Assembly (NCBI RefSeq): GCF_011620665.1
Contig: NZ_WOYQ01000006.1
Span: 4,168-68,167 of the forward strand
Length of the DNA stretch: 64,000 nt
Reading direction: 5' to 3'
From: Microbacterium sp.
Lineage (GTDB): Bacteria > Actinomycetota > Actinomycetes > Actinomycetales > Microbacteriaceae
The notes beneath the pieces were generated by a model. That model was not told the DNA's origin. It saw only the letters and a list, made by a program, of their open reading frames with translations, and made no database searches. The translations under genes were made by a program, and so were the position numbers. Positions 42,708 through 55,500 of this stretch are shown piece by piece. Numbering within the stretch: the stretch's first letter is position 1; each line of letters opens with the position of its first letter.

Positions 42708-43541
42708 TCAGAACGCGTAGTCGGCCACCACGGGCGCGTGATCGCTCCACCGAGTGTTCCATGACGGCGCGCGGACGACGCGATAGTCGACCACCCGCTC
42801 CGCGAGCGCCGGCGTCGCGAGGTGGTAGTCGATCCGCCATCCGGTGTCGGTGTCGAAGGCCTTGCCGCGGTTCGACCACCAGGAGTACGGTCCAGGGACG
42901 TCCCCCGCCCAGCGACGTCCCACATCCACCCAGCCGAGCCCGATTCCGGTCGTACCGTCGACGCACGCGATATCGCTCCCGGCCGGTCCGAGGAAGCGAT
43001 CGAAGTAGGCGCGCTCGCGCGGGAGGAAACCGGCCTTCTTGACGTTGCCCCTCCAGTTGCGGATGTCGAGCTCCCGGTGCCCGACATTCAGGTCACCGGT
43101 GATCAGCGCGAGCTCGCCGAGGTGCTGCATCCGGGCCTCCATGGCGTCGAGAAAGGCATACTTCGCGAGCTGCTTCTCGGTGCCGTCCTCGCCGGTGAAG
43201 ACGTAGGCGCTGACGACCGTCACGCGCTCGCCATCCACGTCGATGTCGGCCTCGACCCAGCGCCCCCGTGAGTCGAGCGTTCCGTCGCCGAGGTCGACCC
43301 GCCAGATGTCGATCGGCGCACGCGCCGCGATGGCGACGCCCGCGCGTCCCTTGGCCAGGGCTTCGTCGTTCACGATGTGCCACCCGGGCAGCGCTTCGAC
43401 CAGATGCGTCGCCTCCGCACGAACTTCCTGCAGGCTCAGCACGTCGACGTCGGCGGCCTCGAGCCATGACGACATGCCGTTGCGGGTGGCGGCTCGAATG
43501 CCGTTGACGTTGACTGAGGCGATGCGAAGAGTCCGGGGCAC
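42708..43541 (-). CDS. xth: Exodeoxyribonuclease III / AP endonuclease
   Basis: SVNVNGIRA, LQEVR, GDLNVGH, GWRIDY, SDHAPV. Confidence 0.94.
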   Translation of the reverse strand: MPRTLRIASVNVNGIRAATRNGMSSWLEAADVDVLSLQEVRAEATHLVEALPGWHIVNDEALAKGRAGVAIAARAPIDIWRVDLGDGTLDSRGRWVEADIDVDGERVTVVSAYVFTGEDGTEKQLAKYAFLDAMEARMQHLGELALITGDLNVGHRELDIRNWRGNVKKAGFLPRERAYFDRFLGPAGSDIACVDGTTGIGLGWVDVGRRWAGDVPGPYSWWSNRGKAFDTDTGWRIDYHLATPALAERVVDYRVVRAPSWNTRWSDHAPVVADYAF

Positions 43542-43570
43542 CGGATCAGCCTAGGGTGCGCCCGTGACGC

Positions 43571-44761
43571 TCAGTCCAGCAGTCCGCGCCGCGGCGGCGG
43601 GGGAGCGGATGCCTGCACCCGCGCCAGCTCGTCCTCGGCGCGGCGCACGGCACGCTCGGCCTGAAGCCCGCGCCACCACGGTGCGGCACCTCGCGTGAGC
43701 TCCGCATCGCGGACCCGCACCCGCGCCGCGGTCAACAGGGCGGCGTGCTCGGCGGCGCGCCGTTCGCGCTCGGAAAGCTCGACAAGCGGCACGTCCTCGT
43801 CCGCTGCGCGCACCGCGACCCATGACGCAGCCACCAGGATCACGATGCCGGCCAGCCGGAACCACAGGAGGAGGCCGACGAAGACCGAGAACGTGGCCAG
43901 CAGGGGATTCGAGGGGGTGTAGAACAGCAGGAGTCCGGCGCCCACCTGCAACACGATGAGCGCCCCGCCGCCGAGCAGCGCGCCCGGCCAGATCAGCCGC
44001 CAGTGCAAGGATGTGCCGGTCAGAAAGCGGATGAGTGAGGCCAGGGCGGCCGTGTTGATCGCAAACCCGGCTGCCACCGACGCCACGCGACCGATCAGTG
44101 AGACCCACCCGGATGAGCCCGAGACGCCGAGCAGCTCGAACAGCAGTCCCACGGCACCGCTGGCGAGCCAGGCCGCGACGGCGCCGATGACCAGCGCGAT
44201 ACCGAAGAGCAGCGCGGCGACCAGGTCGCGTGCCTTGAGGATGACGTAGTTGCGGCGGTCGAACGACAAGCCGAAGATGTCGCGGACGGCGCGCCGCGTG
44301 AACGTGACGAAACTGATCGCCGTCCAGATCGCGACGACGAACGCCGCCGCACCGGTCACCGCCAGCACCCCGGTCGAGGCCTGGGCTATGGCGGCCACGT
44401 CGTCGTCACTGATCAGTCCCGGTTGCTCCCCGTTCCCGATCAGGCCCGGGATGTACGAATTGACGATGGCGATCAGGCCGGCGATCGCCGGTTCGCTGCC
44501 GCCGAGCCACACCCCGACGACAGCGCCGCCGAAGTAGATGACGGCGAAGATGGCGAAGAGCGACTGGTAGCTGATCGCGGCGGCCAGCAGGAATCCATTG
44601 TGCTGAAGGAAGTGGCGCCAGACCCGGATCGGAAACCAGGCGAGCGTCTTGCGCGTCAGCTCGGTCGCACGCTCGATCGGCTCGTCCCAGCGTTCACGCA
44701 GGCCGGAATGCTCCCACAGTGCGCGCCAATCCGCATCCGACTGCCTGTCGTGCTCGCTCAC
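43571..44761 (-). CDS. YihY/BrkB-family membrane protein
   Basis: LLAAAISYQSLFAIF and multiple TMs; second GTG (44761) lies 6 nt after TAGTCT. Confidence 0.88.
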   Translation of the reverse strand: MSEHDRQSDADWRALWEHSGLRERWDEPIERATELTRKTLAWFPIRVWRHFLQHNGFLLAAAISYQSLFAIFAVIYFGGAVVGVWLGGSEPAIAGLIAIVNSYIPGLIGNGEQPGLISDDDVAAIAQASTGVLAVTGAAAFVVAIWTAISFVTFTRRAVRDIFGLSFDRRNYVILKARDLVAALLFGIALVIGAVAAWLASGAVGLLFELLGVSGSSGWVSLIGRVASVAAGFAINTAALASLIRFLTGTSLHWRLIWPGALLGGGALIVLQVGAGLLLFYTPSNPLLATFSVFVGLLLWFRLAGIVILVAASWVAVRAADEDVPLVELSERERRAAEHAALLTAARVRVRDAELTRGAAPWWRGLQAERAVRRAEDELARVQASAPPPPRRGLLD

Positions 44762-44805
44762 GGCCACAGACTATCGACTGCCGGCGACCGAGCCCTGCGG
44801 CCGAA

Positions 44806-45572
44806 TCAACGACCGCGCAGAACCGCCTGCTTCACCTCGGCGATCGCCTTGGTCACCTCGATGCCGCGGGGGCAGGCCTCGGTGCAGTTGAAGGTCGTTC
44901 GGCAGCGCCACACGCCTTCTTTGTCATTGAGGATGTCGAGGCGCACGTCGCCCGCATCGTCGCGCGAGTCGAAGATGAAGCGGTGTGCATTGACGATCGC
45001 CGCGGGGCCGAAGTACTGGCCGTCGGTCCAGAACACGGGGCACGACGAGGTGCATGCCGCGCACAGAATGCACTTGGTCGTGTCATCGAAAATGGCGCGA
45101 TCGGCGATCGACTGGACGCGCTCCTTGCCGGCTTCGGGCTTCGAGTTCGCGATCAGGAAGGGCTGCACTTCGCGGTACGACGCGAAGAACGGCTCCATGT
45201 CGACGATCAGATCCTTTTCCAGGGGCAGGCCCTTGATGGCCTCGACATAGATCGGCTTCGAGATGTCGAGGTCCTTGATCAGCGTCTTGCATGCCAGGCG
45301 GTTGCGCCCGTTGATGCGCATCGCGTCGGACCCGCAGATGCCGTGCGCGCACGAGCGGCGGAAGGAGAGCGAGCCGTCGACCTCCCATTTGATCTTGTGG
45401 AGCGCATCGAGCACGCGGTCGGTCGGGTAGAGCTCGACGTCGTAGTCGACCCAGCGCGGCTCGTCGTCGATCTCGGGATCGAAGCGGCGGATGATGAAGG
45501 TGACCAGGTAGGACTGGATGCCGGAATCCGTGCCGGCGGCTGATTCCACCGCCGAAGCGTCAACGAGGGTCA

Positions 45573-45573
<1 letters not shown>
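44806..45573 (-). CDS. sdhB: Succinate dehydrogenase Fe-S subunit
   Basis: SCAHGICGSD, CILCAACTSSC, CRTTFNCTEACP. Confidence 0.97.
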
Positions 45574-47396
<1,823 letters not shown>

Positions 47397-47437
47397 GTCA
47401 GGATGCCTCTTCGTCTACTCTTCGTCGCCGACCCGAC

Positions 47438-47899
47438 TCACAGAGCCTGGCAGGCCTCCCAGAACGCACTGTCGGTGGTCACGCCGTTGCACGGGTCGAA
47501 CGCGAACACGACGAGCGTGCCGAGGACGATCAGCAGGCCCGCGGCCGCGACGATCGCCCACACGAGGGTCTTGCGCACCGCTTCGCCGGTCACATAGTCG
47601 TTGACGATCGTGCGCATGCCATTGGCGCCATGGATGAGGGCCAGCCACAGCATGAGGATGTCCCACACCTGCCAGAAGGGGTTCGCGAGCTTGCCGGCCA
47701 CGAAGCCCCAGTCAAGCGCGTGGATGCCCTCCCCCGCCACGAGGTTGGTGAACAGATGGCCGAAGATGAGCACCACCAGCACGACGCCGGAGATGCGCAT
47801 GTAGAGCCAGCCCCACTTCTCGAGGTTGGGGCCCTTCCTCCGGATGCGGGGGTCGGTGCCCTGCGGCGACCGGGGAGCGGCCAGCGTGTCGGCGGTCAT
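47438..47899 (-). CDS. sdhD: Succinate dehydrogenase membrane anchor
   Basis: WLYMRISG, LALIHGANGMRTIVNDY. Confidence 0.92.
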   Translation of the reverse strand: MTADTLAAPRSPQGTDPRIRRKGPNLEKWGWLYMRISGVVLVVLIFGHLFTNLVAGEGIHALDWGFVAGKLANPFWQVWDILMLWLALIHGANGMRTIVNDYVTGEAVRKTLVWAIVAAAGLLIVLGTLVVFAFDPCNGVTTDSAFWEACQAL

Positions 47900-48333
47900 C
47901 AGTTTCCCCCTCCCGTGCTGGCGAACACGTTCATCAGGTGACGCGGCGCGAACCCCGCAAGCGTCACGGCCCACAGGCCGAGGACGCCCCACCACAGCTG
48001 ACGCTGGTGGCGCGTGGCCCACGGCCACAGATCGACGGCGATGATGCGCAGGCCGTTGTAGGCGTGATAGGCGATCGCGGCCACCAGCACGAGCTCGCCG
48101 ATGCCCATGATCGGGTTCTTGTAGGTGCCGATCACCGTGTCATAGGCCTCGGGCGAGAGGCGGATGAGCGCCGTGTCGAGTACGTGCACCAGTAAGAAGA
48201 AGAAGATGGCGATGCCGGTGATGCGGTGCAGAACCCACGACCACATGCCCTCTCGGCCGCGGTACAGCGTGCCGCGCGGGGTCCTGGACGTGGTTTCAGC
48301 TGCCGACGTCGTGACGCGTGCTGGTGCAGACAC
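47899..48333 (-). CDS. sdhC: Succinate dehydrogenase cytochrome b subunit
   Basis: WVLHRITG, YHAYNGLR; GGGAGGA RBS before GTG 48333. Confidence 0.92.
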   Translation of the reverse strand: MSAPARVTTSAAETTSRTPRGTLYRGREGMWSWVLHRITGIAIFFFLLVHVLDTALIRLSPEAYDTVIGTYKNPIMGIGELVLVAAIAYHAYNGLRIIAVDLWPWATRHQRQLWWGVLGLWAVTLAGFAPRHLMNVFASTGGGN

Positions 48334-48550
48334 TTCGTCCTCCCTGGGGGTGATCGGACACCTCGATACGACGGGGGACGAATCCCCGGGGCGTTTCGGC
48401 CCTCGGCGTCGCACGCGGGCGCATCCATCATCCTATGTGTCGTCCTCGGCTGTGAGCGAGTGAGGTCGACCTAAGTTCTCCGCAGATCGAGGAACACCGG
48501 GCGCGATGCCGACTTTCGGGGAGGAAGGTGACGGGCGGTACTCTCGAGGC

Positions 48551-49666
48551 ATGCCCCAGCCGATCGAGGACTTCTACGCCGTCATCCCCGCTGGAGGTGT
48601 GGGCAGCAGACTCTGGCCGCTCTCTCGGGCGGATGCCCCGAAGTTCCTGCACGACCTCACCGGGTCGGGTCACTCGCTGCTGCGTGACACCTGGGACCGT
48701 CTTGAACCGCTGACCGGTCCCGACCGGATCGCCGTGGTCACCGGGCGTGCCCACCGCGCGGCCGTCGAAGAGCAGCTGCCGGGCATAGCCGATCTGAATG
48801 TGATCCTCGAATCGGAGCCGCGCGATTCGGCGGCTGCGATCGGCTTGGCCGCGGCGATCCTGCACCGCCGCGAGCCGGACGTGATCATCGGCTCGTTCGC
48901 CGCCGACCACGTCATTCGCGGCACGCGCGTGTTCGAGTTCGCGGTCCGCGACGCCGTCGAGGTCGCGCGCGAGGGCTATGTCTGCACGATCGGGATCACG
49001 CCCTCGGAACCCGCGGTCGGGTTCGGGTACATCAAGCGGGGTGACGAGCTCATCGTCGACGGCGCGCGCGATGCGTCACTCGTCGAGCGCTTCGTCGAGA
49101 AGCCCGACCTCGAGACCGCGAAGCAGTACGTCGCCGATCGTGACTATCTCTGGAACGCGGGCATGTTCATCTCGCGCGCAGACGTTCTTCTCTCCGAGAT
49201 CGAAGCATCCAACCCGGACATGTACGCGGGACTGATCGCGCTCGCCGAAGCGTGGGACGACCGCGATCGCCGGGGCCCCGCGGTCGATCGCATCTGGCCG
49301 ACCCTCCCGAAGATCGCGATCGACTACGTCGTTGCCGAACCAGCCGCCGAGCGCGGGCGTCTGGCCGTCGTACCGGGGCACTTCGACTGGGACGACGTCG
49401 GTGACTTCGCGAGTCTCGCGAAGCTCAATTCGCACGGCCGGAAGAACGATCTCGCCATCCTCGGCGAGAACGCACGCATCCTCTCCGACGCGGCCAGCGG
49501 CATCGTCGTCAGCCACACGGACCGCGTCATCAGTCTCATCGGCGTCAAGGACATCGTCGTCGTCGACACGCCCGACGCGCTGCTGGTGACCACGAGCGAA
49601 CACGCGCAGCGCGTCAAGGGCGTCGTCGACGCGCTCAAGCTCACCGGTGGCAGCGACGTCCTGTAG
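48551..49666 (+). CDS. Mannose-1-phosphate guanylyltransferase
   Basis: IPAGGVGSRLWPLSR..PKF, FVEKPD, WNAGMF, WDDVG; TACTCT 6 nt before ATG. Confidence 0.93.
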   Translation: MPQPIEDFYAVIPAGGVGSRLWPLSRADAPKFLHDLTGSGHSLLRDTWDRLEPLTGPDRIAVVTGRAHRAAVEEQLPGIADLNVILESEPRDSAAAIGLAAAILHRREPDVIIGSFAADHVIRGTRVFEFAVRDAVEVAREGYVCTIGITPSEPAVGFGYIKRGDELIVDGARDASLVERFVEKPDLETAKQYVADRDYLWNAGMFISRADVLLSEIEASNPDMYAGLIALAEAWDDRDRRGPAVDRIWPTLPKIAIDYVVAEPAAERGRLAVVPGHFDWDDVGDFASLAKLNSHGRKNDLAILGENARILSDAASGIVVSHTDRVISLIGVKDIVVVDTPDALLVTTSEHAQRVKGVVDALKLTGGSDVL

Positions 49667-49835
49667 ATCTGCTCAGCCGCAGAGTGCACAGCATGCCGGG
49701 CGCGTGACGGCTTGATTGCGTCTTTGTAACCATTCCTGCGGAGGGGCGGAAGGAGCGTGCAGATCGGGGGTCGCACTCGGTAACTTCGTCAGGTGCGTCC
49801 GCGAAATCCGCGGTCATATCAATGTGGAGGCTGCA

Positions 49836-50981
49836 TTGACCATTTCGACCACCAAGAAGCTCGCCGGCATCACCGCGGCCGCGGGACTCATCATCGCCCT
49901 CGCCGGTTGCGGCTCCGCACCCGAGGCCACTCCCACGAGCAGCGGCGCCGCCGGTGAGATCGTGGACGGGTTCCAGCCCTGCCTGATCTCAGACGCGGGA
50001 GGCTGGAACGACAAGTCGTTCAACGAGTCCGCCAAGAACGGAATGGACAAGGCTGCCGACGAGCTGGGCATCGAGCCTCTCGAGTTCGAGTCGACCAACG
50101 ACAACGACTACGCGCCCAACATCGCGACCGCGGTTTCGGAGGGCTGCAGCCTGATCATCGCCGTCGGGTTCAAGCTCGCCGCCGCGACGGTAGAGGCCGC
50201 GACCGCGAACCCCGAACTCGACTTCGCGATCATCGACGACTACGCCGACGGCACGACTGTGGACGCGGACGGCAACCCGGTGTTTGACGGCGCGCCCGAT
50301 GCACCGAACATCAAGCCGCTCGTCTTCAACACGGCCGAGGCGGCGTACCTCGGCGGCTATGCCGCCGCCGCGTGGTCGGCCGAGTCGGGTGTGAACAAGG
50401 TCGGGACGTTCGGCGGAATGCAGATCCCGTCGGTCGCCGTGTTCATGGACGGCTACCAGCTCGGTGTCGAGAAGTACAACGAGGACAAGGGCGCCGACGT
50501 CCAGGTCTTCGGATGGGACACCGCCACGCAGGAAGGCGCCTTCACCGGCGGCTTCGACGCGAATGACACAGCGAAGCAGACTGCCCAGTCCGTGCTCGAC
50601 CAGGGTGTGGACGTCATCCTCCCCGTCGGCGGCCCGATCTACCAGAGCGCTGCAGCGGCCATCGCCGACGGTGGCACCGATACGCTGATGCTCGGCGTCG
50701 ACAGTGACCTCGCCGTCGCCGACCCGAGCGTGACCGACGTCACGCTGGTGTCGATCATGAAGGCGATCGATGTCGCCGTCTACGATGCGACGATTGCCGC
50801 CTCGACGGGTGACTTCGACCCCGCGCCGTACATCGGCACGTTGGACAACGAGGGCGTGAAGCTCTCGAGCTTCCACGACTTCGAGTCGCAGCTGCCCGAC
50901 GGCCTGCTCGACGAGCTCGCCGCTCTTCAGGCGTCGATCATCGCCGGCGACATCACGGTAGAGTCGCCGAACTCCCCGTAA
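49836..50981 (+). CDS. BMP-family nucleoside ABC substrate-binding lipoprotein
   Basis: GGAGG RBS, TTG start, lipobox LAGC, DKSFNE, MLGVDSD. Confidence 0.92.
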   Translation: MTISTTKKLAGITAAAGLIIALAGCGSAPEATPTSSGAAGEIVDGFQPCLISDAGGWNDKSFNESAKNGMDKAADELGIEPLEFESTNDNDYAPNIATAVSEGCSLIIAVGFKLAAATVEAATANPELDFAIIDDYADGTTVDADGNPVFDGAPDAPNIKPLVFNTAEAAYLGGYAAAAWSAESGVNKVGTFGGMQIPSVAVFMDGYQLGVEKYNEDKGADVQVFGWDTATQEGAFTGGFDANDTAKQTAQSVLDQGVDVILPVGGPIYQSAAAAIADGGTDTLMLGVDSDLAVADPSVTDVTLVSIMKAIDVAVYDATIAASTGDFDPAPYIGTLDNEGVKLSSFHDFESQLPDGLLDELAALQASIIAGDITVESPNSP

Positions 50982-50993
50982 GGAATTCTCGCG

Positions 50994-51033
50994 AGAACGG
51001 GGCCGTGAGGGTGAGTCCTCTCGGCCCCGTTCT
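50994..51033 (+). terminator. Stem-loop after SBP gene (mRNA stabiliser/partial terminator)
   Basis: Perfect 12-bp stem AGAACGGGGCCG/CGGCCCCGTTCT. Confidence 0.65.
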
Positions 51034-51070
51034 GTGTGAGGTGATCTCCGTTGTCGATAGATTGGCCGAT

Positions 51071-52585
51071 ATGAAGCTCGAGCTCCGCGGGATCACGAAG
51101 AGATTCGGCACCCTCGTCGCCAACGACCACATCGATCTCGTGGTCGAACCGGGGGAGATCCACGCTCTTCTCGGTGAGAACGGCGCGGGCAAGTCCACAC
51201 TCATGAACGTGCTGTACGGCCTGTACCGCGCCGATGAGGGCGAAATCGTGCTGGACGGCATCGTCCAGCACTTTCGCGGCCCCGGCGACGCGATGTCGGC
51301 CGGAATCGGCATGGTCCACCAGCACTTCATGCTGATTCCCGTGTTCACGGTTGCCGAGAACGTCATGCTGGGGCACGAGGAGACGAAAGGGCTCGGTCGG
51401 CTCGATCTGACCCGGGCGCGTGAGCACGTGCGCTCTGTCGCCGACCGCTTCGGCTTCCAGATCGATCCCGACGCTCTTGTCGGAGACCTGCCGGTCGGGG
51501 TGCAGCAGCGCGTCGAGATCATCAAAGCGCTCTCCCGCGACGCGAAGGTGCTGGTCTTCGACGAGCCCACCGCGGTCTTGACGCCTCAGGAGACCGACGA
51601 GCTGATGTCGATCATGCGCCAGCTCCGTGACGAGGGCACCTCGATCGTGTTCATCACGCACAAGCTGCGCGAGGTGCGCGAAGTCGCAGACCGTATCACG
51701 GTCATCCGCCTCGGCGCCGTCGTCGGTGAAGCGTCTCCGACTGCGACCAATGCCGAACTCGCCTCGCTCATGGTCGGCCGCGCGGTAGAGCTGACCGTGC
51801 ACAAGCAGCCGTCCGAGCCGGGCGAGGGCGGGCTGCAGATCCGCGACCTCCGGGTGCTGACCTCCACCGGGGCGATCGTCGTCGACGATGTCAGCTTCGA
51901 CGTGCGGCCCGGCGAGGTGCTCGCTGTCGCCGGAGTTCAGGGCAACGGTCAGACCGAACTCGTCGAAGCCATTGTCGGCCTCGCGGCACGCGCGGAAGGC
52001 TCGATCCGACTCGGCGACGAAGAACTCCTCGGCAAGAGCGTCCGCGGCATCCTCGAGTGCGGGGTGGGATTCGTCCCCGAAGACCGCACGGAGGACGGCC
52101 TGGTCGGCGGGTTCTCCGTCGCGGAGAACCTCATTCTCGACCGGTCGACCGACCCCGACTTCTCGCGCCTGGGGACGATCCGGCGCGGCGCGCTCGATGA
52201 GTTCGCGCGCGCCCGCATCACCGAGTACGACATCCGCACTCAGGGGCCCGACGCCCTGGCGGAGACCCTGTCCGGCGGAAACCAGCAGAAGGTCGTGATC
52301 GCGCGCGAGATGAGCCGTGATCTCCGGTTGCTCGTGGCCGCGCAGCCGACGCGGGGTGTTGACGTCGGGTCGATCGAATTCATCCACAAGCGCATCATCG
52401 ACACGCGGGATGCCGGCATTCCCGTCGTCGTCGTCTCGACCGAGCTCGACGAGGTCACCGCCCTGGCCGACCGCATCGCGGTGATGTATCGCGGGACGAT
52501 CGTCGGGATCGTTCCCGGCGGTACTCCGCGCGAGATCCTCGGGCTCATGATGGCGGGCGCCACCGAACCGGAGGTGGCCGCATGA
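51071..52585 (+). CDS. Nucleoside ABC ATPase (CUT2, tandem NBD)
   Basis: [34 protein letters not shown]. Confidence 0.95.
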   Translation: MKLELRGITKRFGTLVANDHIDLVVEPGEIHALLGENGAGKSTLMNVLYGLYRADEGEIVLDGIVQHFRGPGDAMSAGIGMVHQHFMLIPVFTVAENVMLGHEETKGLGRLDLTRAREHVRSVADRFGFQIDPDALVGDLPVGVQQRVEIIKALSRDAKVLVFDEPTAVLTPQETDELMSIMRQLRDEGTSIVFITHKLREVREVADRITVIRLGAVVGEASPTATNAELASLMVGRAVELTVHKQPSEPGEGGLQIRDLRVLTSTGAIVVDDVSFDVRPGEVLAVAGVQGNGQTELVEAIVGLAARAEGSIRLGDEELLGKSVRGILECGVGFVPEDRTEDGLVGGFSVAENLILDRSTDPDFSRLGTIRRGALDEFARARITEYDIRTQGPDALAETLSGGNQQKVVIAREMSRDLRLLVAAQPTRGVDVGSIEFIHKRIIDTRDAGIPVVVVSTELDEVTALADRIAVMYRGTIVGIVPGGTPREILGLMMAGATEPEVAA

Positions 52586-53817
52586 CCAGTGACGAGACCC
52601 CCGGTCCTTCGCGCGCGAACAGCGCGATGAAGGAGATTCTGCGGGGCAGCGCGGTGACGACCTTCCTCGCGATCGTGCTCGCGATGGTCGTCGGCGGTGT
52701 GCTCATCGCCGTCACCAATTCGGAGGTCCAGAGCGCCGCAGGCTACTTTTTCTCGCGTCCCGGCGACACGATCGTCGCGGTGTGGAACGCCGTCTACAAC
52801 GGCTACGAAGCCCTTTTCCGCGGCGCGGTGTTCAATCCGCGCGGCGCGGACTTCGCGGCGCAGATTCGGCCGCTGACGAACTCGCTGGGGTTCGCCGCGC
52901 CGCTCATCGCCGCCGGCCTGGGCGTGGCGCTCGCCTTCCGCGTCGGCCTGTTCAACATCGGTGCGCGCGGTCAGATGCTGATCGGAGCACTGTTCGCGGG
53001 GCTGTTCGCCTTCAATCTCGACCTGCCGATGTGGATCCACCTCCCGCTCACGCTGATGGCCGGCATCGTCGGCGGGGCGCTCTGGGGCGGTCTCGTCGGG
53101 CTGCTCAAGGCGAGGACCGGCGCGCACGAGGTGATCCTCACGATCATGCTCAACTATGTGGCGTTCTACCTTCTTCTGTGGATGCTGCGCACCCCCGGAC
53201 TCCTGCAGATGCCCGGCAGCAATCAGCCGCAGACACGGCCGACGCCCGCATCGGCGCAGTTCCCCGATCTGCTGGGACCGCTGTTCCCCGCGCTGGACTG
53301 GGGATTCGTCGTGGTCGTCCTGGCGACATTGCTCGTCTGGTGGCTCATCGAGCGCTCGAGCCTCGGAATGCGCCTGCGCGCGGTGGGCGAGAACCCGCAT
53401 GCGGCGCGCGCGGCGGGGATCAATGTGGAACGCATGTACGTGTACGCGATGGTGTTCGCCGGTGGCCTCGCCGGCCTCGGCGCGATGAATCAGATTCAGG
53501 GGAATGTGACGACCGGCTTCGGCGCGACGATCGATGCGGGTATCGGCTTCGACGCGATCACCGTCGCGCTCCTCGGACGAAGCCGCGCGTGGGGCACGTT
53601 CGCGGCAGGAGTTCTCTTCGGCGCGCTGAAGGCCGGATCTTTCTCGATGCAGGCCCAGGGCATTCCGGTCGACATCGTCCTGGTCGTCCAGTCGCTCATC
53701 GTGCTGCTGATCGCCGCGCCTCCCCTGCTGCGCGCAGTGTTCTTCCTCCCGAAGACGGACGTCGAGAAGGCCGCCAAAGCCCGAGCCAAGGCCGCGAAGA
53801 AGGCGGTGGCAGCATGA
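52582..53817 (+). CDS. Nucleoside ABC permease 1
   Basis: [32 protein letters not shown]. Confidence 0.93.
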   Translation: MTSDETPGPSRANSAMKEILRGSAVTTFLAIVLAMVVGGVLIAVTNSEVQSAAGYFFSRPGDTIVAVWNAVYNGYEALFRGAVFNPRGADFAAQIRPLTNSLGFAAPLIAAGLGVALAFRVGLFNIGARGQMLIGALFAGLFAFNLDLPMWIHLPLTLMAGIVGGALWGGLVGLLKARTGAHEVILTIMLNYVAFYLLLWMLRTPGLLQMPGSNQPQTRPTPASAQFPDLLGPLFPALDWGFVVVVLATLLVWWLIERSSLGMRLRAVGENPHAARAAGINVERMYVYAMVFAGGLAGLGAMNQIQGNVTTGFGATIDAGIGFDAITVALLGRSRAWGTFAAGVLFGALKAGSFSMQAQGIPVDIVLVVQSLIVLLIAAPPLLRAVFFLPKTDVEKAAKARAKAAKKAVAA

Positions 53818-55097
53818 GCACTTCAGCGCTCGAAGCCGACGACGGAACGATCCAGCTGGCAGTGGTCAAGGAGCGTCACTTCAAGGTGCCGATCGTCTTC
53901 GGTGTCGTCGTGGCGCTGCTGGGTGCGCTCTTTCTCTCGGCTCCGCGCAGCGGTACCTCCACGTTCCGCCTCGGCGACCCGTCCTCGGCCGTTGCACTGC
54001 CCGATATCGGGGTTCCGACGGGCGCGACCAGCTGGGCGGCCCTGGTCCTCCTGCTCCTCCTCGCTCTGTGGGCGACGTGGGCGGCGTGGTCGTATCGACG
54101 AACTCCGCTGTGGCTCACGATCGTCTTCAGCGTCCTCGGTGTCTTCGCCTTCCTCGTGTGGGCCGCCGCCGGCGGGCTCGTGCCCGTCTCCAGCCTGCTC
54201 TTCGGAGCGGTCTCGCTCTCGGTCCCGCTCGTGTTCGGTGCCCTCGGCGGCGTGATCGGCGAGCGCGTCGGTGTCGTCAACGTCGCCATCGAGGGTCAGC
54301 TCCTGCTCGGAGCGTTCTCGGCGGCGCTGCTGTCGAGCATCACGAACAGCCCCTTCATCGGGCTGGTCGGTGCGATGATCGGCGGTGTGCTGGTCTCTTT
54401 CGTCTTGGCGGCGTTCGCGATCCAATACCTCGTCGACCAGGTGATCGTCGGTGTCGTCCTCAACGTCCTCGTGACGGGCCTCACCGGTTTTCTCTACGGC
54501 GCGCTGCTGGTGCCCAACGAGACCGAGCTCAATCGCCCGGAGCGGTTCGATCGCATCCAGATCCCGGTGTTGAGCGAGATCCCGGTCATCGGACCCGTGC
54601 TGTTCAATCAGACGTTCATCGTGTATCTGATGTTCTTCACTGTCGCCGTCGTTGCGTGGGGTCTTTACCGCACCCGCTGGGGTCTGCGCCTGCGCGCCGT
54701 CGGGGAGCATCCTCAGGCGGCCGACACGGTCGGCATCAAGGTGAATGCCACCCGGTTCTGGAACGTGTCGCTCGCCGGCGCCATCGCCGGCATCGGCGGT
54801 GCCTACTTCACGCTGGTATCGGTTCCGCAGTTCGGCAAGGAGATGACGGCCGGCCTGGGCTTCATCGCTTTGGCCGCGGTCATCTTCGGTCGCTGGGACC
54901 CCATCCGCGCGACCCTCGCTGCGCTCCTGTTCGGGTTCGCGACGAACCTGCAGAACCTCTTGACGATCCTCAAGACGCCGATCCCGAGTGAGTTCATGCT
55001 CATGCTGCCGTACGTCGTCACGATCCTCGCGGTCGCCGGCTTCGCGGGGCAGATTCGAGGACCCGCCGCATCCGGCAAGCCGTACATCAAGGGATGA
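53814..55097 (+). CDS. Nucleoside ABC permease 2
   Basis: ERVGVVNVAIEG, RAVGEHP, GFIALAAVIFG; ATG 53814 overlaps previous stop. Confidence 0.92.
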   Translation: MSTSALEADDGTIQLAVVKERHFKVPIVFGVVVALLGALFLSAPRSGTSTFRLGDPSSAVALPDIGVPTGATSWAALVLLLLLALWATWAAWSYRRTPLWLTIVFSVLGVFAFLVWAAAGGLVPVSSLLFGAVSLSVPLVFGALGGVIGERVGVVNVAIEGQLLLGAFSAALLSSITNSPFIGLVGAMIGGVLVSFVLAAFAIQYLVDQVIVGVVLNVLVTGLTGFLYGALLVPNETELNRPERFDRIQIPVLSEIPVIGPVLFNQTFIVYLMFFTVAVVAWGLYRTRWGLRLRAVGEHPQAADTVGIKVNATRFWNVSLAGAIAGIGGAYFTLVSVPQFGKEMTAGLGFIALAAVIFGRWDPIRATLAALLFGFATNLQNLLTILKTPIPSEFMLMLPYVVTILAVAGFAGQIRGPAASGKPYIKG

Positions 55098-55101
55098 GAT
55101 C

Positions 55102-55500
55102 GTGACCGACATCGATTGGGACGAACTGCGCGGCGTCGCCGCCCAGGCCATGGAGCGCGCCTACGCGCCCTATTCGCGCTACCGGGTGGGGGCGGCGGCC
55201 CTCGTCGCCGACGGCCGCATCGTCTCGGGCTGCAACGTCGAGAACGCCTCGTACGGGGTGAGCCTGTGCGCCGAGTGCGCACTGGTCGGCGACTTGCACA
55301 TGTCCGGCGGCGGACAGCTCGTCGCGTTCGTCTGCGTCAACAACGACGGCGAGACCATCATGCCGTGCGGACGCTGCCGGCAGCTGCTCTACGAGTTCGC
55401 GCTGCCCGGAATGCTCCTGGAGACCGTCTCCGGCATCCGGACGATCGACGAAGTGCTGCCGGATGCCTTCGGACCCCGCGATCTTGAAGCCGCCCGATGA
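55102..55500 (+). CDS. cdd: Cytidine deaminase
   Basis: YAPYSRYRVGAA, NVENAS, CAE, PCGRCRQ. Confidence 0.96.
   Translation: MTDIDWDELRGVAAQAMERAYAPYSRYRVGAAALVADGRIVSGCNVENASYGVSLCAECALVGDLHMSGGGQLVAFVCVNNDGETIMPCGRCRQLLYEFALPGMLLETVSGIRTIDEVLPDAFGPRDLEAAR

Noticed and set aside
40158-43541. Fpg/Nei and xth close together as a possible repair or defence island
   Set aside because: Separated by housekeeping trpS and a GNAT, apparently with separate promoters; no compositional shift or mobility genes.
49667-49835. Long leader before the nucleoside BMP gene as a possible purine riboswitch
   Set aside because: No purine/preQ1/2'-dG aptamer core recognisable; only short GTAAC repeats, too weak to call.
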